Source: Vitrella brassicaformis CCMP3155 (lineage: Eukaryota; Protista; Chromerida). Taken from it: DNA of 64,000 nt. The DNA is taken from contig CDMY01001028.1 of NCBI GenBank assembly GCA_001179505.1, positions 124,001 to 188,000 of the forward strand, written 5' to 3'. Below are positions 57,071-64,000 of the stretch, piece after piece (the stretch's first letter is position 1; the number at the start of each line of letters is the position of its first letter). The notes beneath the pieces are model-generated. The model had not been told where the DNA came from, ran no database searches, and worked only from the letters and a program-made list of their open reading frames with translations. A program made the position numbers and the translations under genes.

Positions 57071-58838
57071 TGCGTCTGTGTATAGGCTGGCTGCTGCGGG
57101 CATCTGTGGATGAGATGATGGCAGTCGTTTTTCGGAAGAGGCAGTGGCGCCTCCCATTTGTCTTGCTTCTGTGTCTTCATCTTTCATCTGTCTGTCGTGC
57201 TTACTTGCTTCCTTGCTTGTGGACATCGTGCACCCGATGGACCCCTCTACGCTTCTTGACTGATGCATGATATCACATCTTGTTGTTCGTCATCCATATG
57301 CGGCGTGGCGTTCTGACCTGCTCAGCATCGCGGCAGCGAAGGGCCGGTGAGCTTCTCGTCTGAGAGAGGCTCACCACTCCAACGCCGTCGACGGTGCAGG
57401 CACATCAGAACACTACAACTTCCACACCACAGCAGCCCGTGACGCACATCCGCGGGCGTAGGTACTAGACGACAGCCATTCCACGACTCGACTCGCACAG
57501 GGTCGAGCAGTGAGCAAGCTACCAGTGGTCGACAACCATCTGCGCGTTTCTGATCGACGACTCGCTACTGCCTATCATTGACACCCCCTCACTGTCGGTC
57601 ATTGCCACATACACCCCACCCACCCACCATCCATTCATCCATCCATCCAGGCCAGTGGAAAACTGACGGCACGCTCATCGACACGACACGAGTAGACCAT
57701 CAGGCAGGCTACGGAAAGGGCGGCTGCTGTCTCGGCTGCCAGCGAGCCGACCGCACACGCGGGAAGGAAGTGTGTGACGCTGGAAGGAAAACGTGGAACA
57801 CGACAGACAGAAAGACGTCGGCCAGCAGGTTGTGCAGGAAAGAGAGCGACGAGAGTAATTGGTTGGGGAGAGAGACGGGGAAGAGAAAAGACATACATCG
57901 ACAGTCGATGGGTCGGTCGATGCGAGAACAAAGCGGCATGGACGAGGGAGGGAGGCAGGCAGACAGCGGCAGAAATGGATGGATGCCAGTGTTAAAACTG
58001 TCCCCCCCTCCCCCTCTCGTATGCATGCACGCCACATGAGTGAAAAATGTCCCTCTTCAGTCTGTCGCTCTCTGTTGAAAAATCCTGCACCAGCCAAGGC
58101 CAGGAAAGGCATTCATTCACGGGACTCACGGCATTCACGGTGAGCATGACGACCGATGGATGGATGTGTGGATGGAAAATCGACACCCGCTCGCCACGCG
58201 CTTTGGGGGTGGTGGTGGTTGATGGTGGGAGAAATGGATGGATGGATGGAGTCAACAATTTCCTGCCCGTCGACCAGCGACTTGATGTAGTTCTCCATGT
58301 GCAGCTTGATTGGTGGGGCGGGTGGCGATGACCACCCATCAACCAAGCCGCACAAGAAGAGAAACATCAAGTCGCTGGACCTGGCTGACGATGGAACGGA
58401 CATGAAGTGGATGGAATGGCACGAATGCTCGTCGACAAAAGAATAAGTACGCAACACACACGACACGCACACAAGCAATACGTAGACACGGCACGGCGCT
58501 ACCTACGGGCTCTCCCTCCTCTCCCCGGCGTGTGTACCGCACAATGCGATACTCATAAAGACGAAGTAAGCATGACACTTTAAGCCACCTTGTTTGTGTA
58601 CGAGCATCCACAAGCGCTAGATCCCCCCTCCCCTCTCCTTCTGGCAAAATGGGCGTCCGTCGTCTGCCCGGTCCCTCCCTCTCGACACTCGACACCCATC
58701 AATCCATCTCTCTCTCTCTCTCTCTCCCCGCATGCATGGTGTGTATGAAAATCCATCCCGATCGACAGACAGAGAGAGAGTAGAGTCGAGTCGACAAGCG
58801 CACGGCACGGCAAAAAGGAAGACAACACGACAGACACC

Positions 58839-58879
58839 ATACGATACGATATGAAATGATACGATACGATACGATATGA
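58839..58879. repeat. Imperfect (GATAC)n pentanucleotide microsatellite
   Basis: atacgatacgatatgaaatgatacgatacgatacgatatga. Confidence 0.85.
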
Positions 58880-59441
58880 GAGGCAACGCATTCAGGCCCA
58901 TGCGATGCCGCATGCCACAAATGGAAAAGTCATTGGGCTTGGCTTGCAGGCACGGCACCATCTTTCATGTGTGACGGTCACGGCATCATGTGACGCTGGT
59001 ACGTATGTCCATCAAAATGTCCAGAACTCGGCTGCCATCATGGTCACGAGCGCATCACATCATACACACGCACACACGCATACACATCCACAACCACATT
59101 CGTGAACAGACGGATGAGCGGAGAGGGCTGTATTGTTAGCGGCCAGCTCCCCTTTCCACCCACCCACCTATACAGCCAGCCATGCCATGCCACACACACC
59201 ACACCACCCACATGGAGGCAGGCACAGGCAAGACACCAAGAGATACACACGCATATGCTATGCGGGCCATCCATCCATCCATCCATCGTCAGCAGCCAGC
59301 CGCACTTGAAAAGGCCCCAACGGCCAACAACCGATGAATTGAACCATCCATCGTCACCACACCACGCACGACATCCACGCACATGCACACATGCATCCCG
59401 CCAGTCAAGTGCAAAACCCGCCTCCCTCCCCTCTGGCTCGC

Positions 59442-61702
59442 TCACAGGGCCTCTACTTGCACGTTGGCGGGCAGGTGGCCGTTCGTGTGCCCATTGGTGG
59501 TGTAGGTGGTGTGCTCGTTGGTGTGGGCGTATGCATGGCCGTTGGTGTGGGCGTACGGGGCTCGTACGCACGAGTTGGGGCCACATGGCGGCAGCGTTTC
59601 ATTCATGGCCTCCAAAATGACCGCACCCATCACGTCGAAATCACCATCCTGATGAGTGAGTGCATGAGGCGGACAGACCAGACCAGACGGGAAGAGACAA
59701 TGCGTGACATGAGTGTGTGTATGTTGTGCCGGCGTACGTCAAATTGGAGAGGCAGCCGGACATCACACGCCTTTGGAATCATCTCCTCCGTCGACGGCAC
59801 ATTCAGATCCGACAAATCGCAGTAGCGCCTGCACACAAGGACACACACACACACGCAGACACATACCAACCGAAGGATACACTCAGCAGGTCGTTTTTCC
59901 TCCTGCCGTCTGTCTGCTGGCATGTACCAGTTGCGGATGTTTCTGGCGTTGTCCTTGTCGCCGAAGATGCTGACCGGGACGCCTCGCTTGGCACATGCAC
60001 TTAGGAAGGCCTGCGTGGCCGCGGGGGTCACACACTCTCCTGCACACACACACGCAGACACGCAGAGATACTCGTGTGCTGGGCCCTGTGTGTGTTGCCT
60101 GAGTGTGGGCGAGAGAAGAGAACATACCGACGAGGTTGAATTGTATGCTGTCGCCCACGATCGACACGGCTGGGTACTGACGCGGCACACGCACATACGC
60201 CGATCCGCTGACATACGTGTCACGCCACGCAGAGAGAGACAGAGAGAGATGGAGTATCTCGTGTGCTTGTGTGTGTGTGGTAGTGTAGTGTAGTACCTTT
60301 CTAGTTGAGCCTGCAGTCGGTAGTATCTTCTGTTGTATGTCTGTATCCGCTGCTCAATGGTGGCGATCTGCGGCAGCAGCACACTCGCCGCCAAGTTGCT
60401 CATCCGCAGGCTGTAGTTGGGCGTCTGAACGCACATTGGCCACATGAGAACAGTTCATTGGCTTCTCCCTCCCTCCCTCCCTCCCTCCCTCTGCTCACCT
60501 CTCTCTTGATGCGCTCGAAAACCGCCTTCGGTGGGGCCACGATGTGCTTCTCGTAGCTGACAGCCGACAACAAACGCACCACATAATCTATTAATGGCGA
60601 GGAAGGAAGGCATGGCCGTCTTCGTGTGTGTGTTTGCTTACAGCTTCTCGTAGCACCCGGCGTAGCAGATGGCCTTGGCAGCGATGACATCGTCGTTGGT
60701 CGCCAGAAAGCCGCCCTCGCCGGAATTCAGCAGCTTGTAGCTCTGCGAACTGACGACGAACAAGACACACAGTGTTCAGATGTGTGGTTGAGGGCATCCA
60801 TCCATCCTTTAGAGTACCTGAAGCAGGCGGCCTTTCCGAAGTTGCCCATGAGTGTGCCGTTCCACCGCACCCCGAGTGCATGGGCGGCGTCCTCGACGAG
60901 GGTGATCTTGAGGCGCCGACAGACATCCATGACGGCACACATGTCGGGCACCTTGCCGCGCATGTACGTCAGACACAAATACCTAATGAATGAAGGCATC
61001 AAGCAGAGAGAAAACCAAACCCCCGACACATCACATCGTCTGGGTGACCCCCTCCTCTCCTGCCATCTTATCTCACCGTGCATTGTGCATTTTGGCTTTT
61101 CTCTCGAGGTCAGTGGGGTCGATGACATAGTGGTCGGTGCAGTCGACGAACACCGGCCTGGCGCCGCAGTGCTCCACCGCACTCGGCACGGCCGTGAAGG
61201 AAAACCCGTTGCACAACACCACGTCGTTGGACTGCACACCCACACACTGACACCACACAACACGGCAACACACACAGGAGGGTGTGTCCATCCATGGTTA
61301 TAGAATGAATGCAGTGGATCGTATGGCCCACCTTGAGAGCGAGGAAGATAGCGCTGCCGCAGCTGTTGACGCCGACGGCATACTTGAGGCCGACGTACTT
61401 GGCGAACTCCCGCTCGCACAACGAGACATCACTCTGGTTGTCGCTGTGGTTGTAGCGGTACATGCGGCCCTCTGACATGATCGCCTGCATACACACACAG
61501 ACACAACAGGCGACATAGATGAGATGGCGCACCCAGTCCCGCAAGTAAGCACATCACAGATCTGTGCCTCGCTGCCTGTCTGGTGCCCCTGCGTGTGCCT
61601 TATCGCGTGTGTCTGTGTCCTTTCACTGACCACGGCCCGTTGGATGCCCTCCTGCGGCACCGGGTCGGGCGTCTTGATGTCTTTGCTGAAGTGCAGCACC
61701 AT
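59442..61702 (-). CDS. PLP-dependent aminotransferase of the DegT/DnrJ/EryC1/StrS family, bacterial-like
   Basis: PDPVPQEGI...GRMYRY, AVGVNSCGSAIFLALK, VEDAAHALG, PLP-lysine motif CFSSQSYKLLNSGEGG, NYSLRMSNLAA, VGDSIQFNL, DVRLP. About 9 exons in phase. Confidence 0.92.
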
Positions 61703-61864
61703 CGGAATAGACCCCCGACACGCAGATCAGGCAGATGCCGTAGGAGAGGAAGGCAGTGCAGAGCTCAGGATGGCACTTGAGTTGCGGAGATAGGAAAATT
61801 TTGCAGACCCGGCGTGCTTCTGCTTAGGGCGCTCCCAAAACTGCTGGCACTGGACTTGCGGGCG

Positions 61865-61921
61865 AAGGAACTGAGAGCACAGGGTACTTCCTGAAACCGC
61901 TGCTGCAAGGAACTGAGAGCA
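61865..61921. repeat. 15-bp direct repeat aaggaactgagagca (61865-61879 and 61907-61921)
   Basis: Read directly; flanks cctgaaaccgctgctgc in the aminotransferase/MFS spacer. Confidence 0.9.
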
Positions 61922-61970
61922 GGAGGGAGGGCACACGACTGCGTCGGCTCTTAGTGACCAACCCGACAAG

Positions 61971-64000
61971 ATGCACACAAATCGCGACATCGAGTCATCT
62001 GCCGTCAAGGCAGCTGCTGACACGGCCACCAATGGTCATCTTCCTCACTCCAACGATCATCACAATCCATCTGTGCCCCCGTTCTTCGCCTCCCTGCCAC
62101 CGCCAGACGTCAACGCACTCATCGAACGAATCGGAGGCGGCTTGGCCCAGGTCATTGTTCTTGTTCTTGCTGGCGCTATATACTTCCTCGACGGTGCCGA
62201 GCTGTTCGTATTCTCTATTGCCAACCGGACGCACGGCGATGACCAACCATGGACGCTCAGCGCTGCTGGGAAGGGCGTGATGCTGTCGTTGGTGCTTGGA
62301 GGGTATGCGATTGGCGGATCCTGCAGTGGATATGTGGCCGACTTCATCGGCAGGAGGCGGCCCATGTTCATCGCCTTCTCGGGCCTGCTGCTGGCCAACA
62401 TCCTCTTGGTGAGAGACGACATGTATGCAGATGTATCGACTCATCGGATTCCTTTACTATATGTTGTTGGCTTCTGCAGTATTTTGCCCGCACCGTGCCT
62501 CAATTGCTGGTGTTCGCTTTTTTCGCTGGGTTGTCTATGGGAGCGGGGATTCCTGTGTGGACCACCCTCTGCAGCGAGGTCTCACCGATCAGCTGGCGTG
62601 CTCCCCTGCAGGGCCTTGGCAACACACTGCTGCCCGTGGGAAGCATCTACACCATCTGTGTCATCATCTTCGCGGACCCTGAGATGCGCACTCTGTCATG
62701 GCGGCACCTGATCGTGATGGCCTCGATACCAGCCCTGGTCGTGCTGCCCCTGGCGGCGTGCTTCCTGACAGAAAGCCCCCATTACTTGGCCATCAAGGGC
62801 CGGTGGGACGATGTGAGGCGTGTTTTGAGACGGCTGGCGTGGCTGAATGGGAGGAGGGTCGATGAGCTTGATGTGCACTGGGAGGATGACGGCCGACCTG
62901 GGGACAATGGAGCGGTGAGTGAACGCGACACATCCATGACTAACCGCCTGCATGTCTGTCTGCGTGTTTTGTGTGTGCGCAGGAGGGCGACATCCCCGCT
63001 CCCTCCAGGAGTTCGTTCCACGTCGTCTTCAACGACACCTATCGCTACACTACTTTTGTGCTCTGCTGCGTCACTTTTACATGCAACATGATCTCCTATG
63101 GCCTGCTCTACGCCCTGCCACAAGTGTTCGTAGACATCGAAAAGCAGACAGGTGAACCAACGACACACAAGCTTGAAAGAGAATACACAAGCACCTGTCT
63201 GTGTATTGCAGGCATTGCCCCAGCGTATTCCCTACTGCGTGCTGAGTTGATGTCTCTCCTGGGCAATGCTTTGTCGGTGTTTGCCGACGTGGGCCCCCGG
63301 CGTGTGACGCAGGCGGCGTCGCTGCTGCTCGAGTGCATTGCCATGGGGCTGACGGCCGCTGCACTCGTCTGGGACTGGGCTACCGTCGCCGTGTGGGCTG
63401 CCGCCATGGGCAAGTTCTGCACATTCCTTGGTCAGTACAATCAGCAGATGCACGAGAGGCCGACCGGTTCCTGTCTGATGGTTCGTCTCTGCTGTGCTGA
63501 GTGTCCGTGCAGGTCTGAACATCACTTTCCTGTATTCAGCGGAGATTTATCCCACCGTGTGTCGATCCACCGGTGTGTCGATTGCCGTCTCATCCGGCAG
63601 GATCGGGGGCATCATTGCCCCTCTCTTGTTCGAGCTCACCGTGTGGGTGGCCACTTTCCTGCCGGCGGTGGATCGCTACGACGGGGGGCGGTATTGCGTT
63701 TTCTTCGGAGTTTTGGGTGTTGCCGCTTTTGTGAGTGCTGCTTTGCTGATGACGCTCCCGTACGAGACCCGAGGGGCCAGGCTGCAGGTGAGAGGACAAA
63801 TGAGTGTGTCTGCTCTTCACTGATGCGTGCGTGTGGTGATGTCTTGTGTGTGTGTGCAGGATGACGCATCAAGTGCCGGCGTCAAGAGCGACGGGTCATT
63901 TCATGAGGATTTGTGTGAGGGTCTGCTCGAGAAATGTGACGACAGCCACCACATATGCCTGCGAGTGCCGCGCGAAGGCCACACACACGGCGAGAAAGAC
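61971..64000 (+). CDS. MFS transporter (SV2/SVOP or organic-cation-like); runs off the right edge
   Basis: YFLDGAEL, motif A GYVADFIGRRRP, LCSEVSPISWR, ESPHYL, LYSAEIYPTVCRSTG...GRIGGIIAP, PYETRG. Still open at 64000. Confidence 0.9.

Noticed and set aside
59460-62045. TNGHLP present in both the aminotransferase tail and the MFS N-terminus
   Set aside because: A short low-complexity motif with different codons; likely coincidence.

Overview
Eukaryotic, intron-rich, gene-dense DNA. Coding exons are GC-rich and most introns are about 50-130 nt, often carrying (CA)n/(TG)n microsatellites. A plastid-targeted thylakoid-lumen protein, flagellar genes and this intron style point to a photosynthetic alveolate, most likely the chromerid Vitrella brassicaformis; this is inference and no database search was run. 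I reconstructed about 20 spliced genes by hand: DNAH10-type dynein heavy chain (runs off the left edge), NCS/calaxin-like EF-hand protein, AlaRS, a lumen protein, a GYGD K+ channel, an S9 peptidase, an LRR+CBM48-like protein, a coiled-coil protein, CFAP141, an SDR lacking its catalytic Tyr, a CE4 deacetylase, two poorly resolved ORFs at 41.6-43.5 kb, a hypothetical protein, a TLDc protein, a CCCH zinc-finger protein, a compact DNAJC11-like protein, a TMEM8/PGAP6-like protein, a DegT/DnrJ aminotransferase and an MFS transporter (runs off the right edge). There is a 300-nt N gap. I recognised no rRNA, tRNA, CRISPR array or transposon. The strongest non-coding signal is architectural: eight head-to-head gene pairs, seven of whose short spacers contain the motif (T)GCGAGCT(TAG), a candidate core promoter element I do not recognise from known apicomplexan motifs. 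All exon boundaries are manual predictions and may be off by a few nt.
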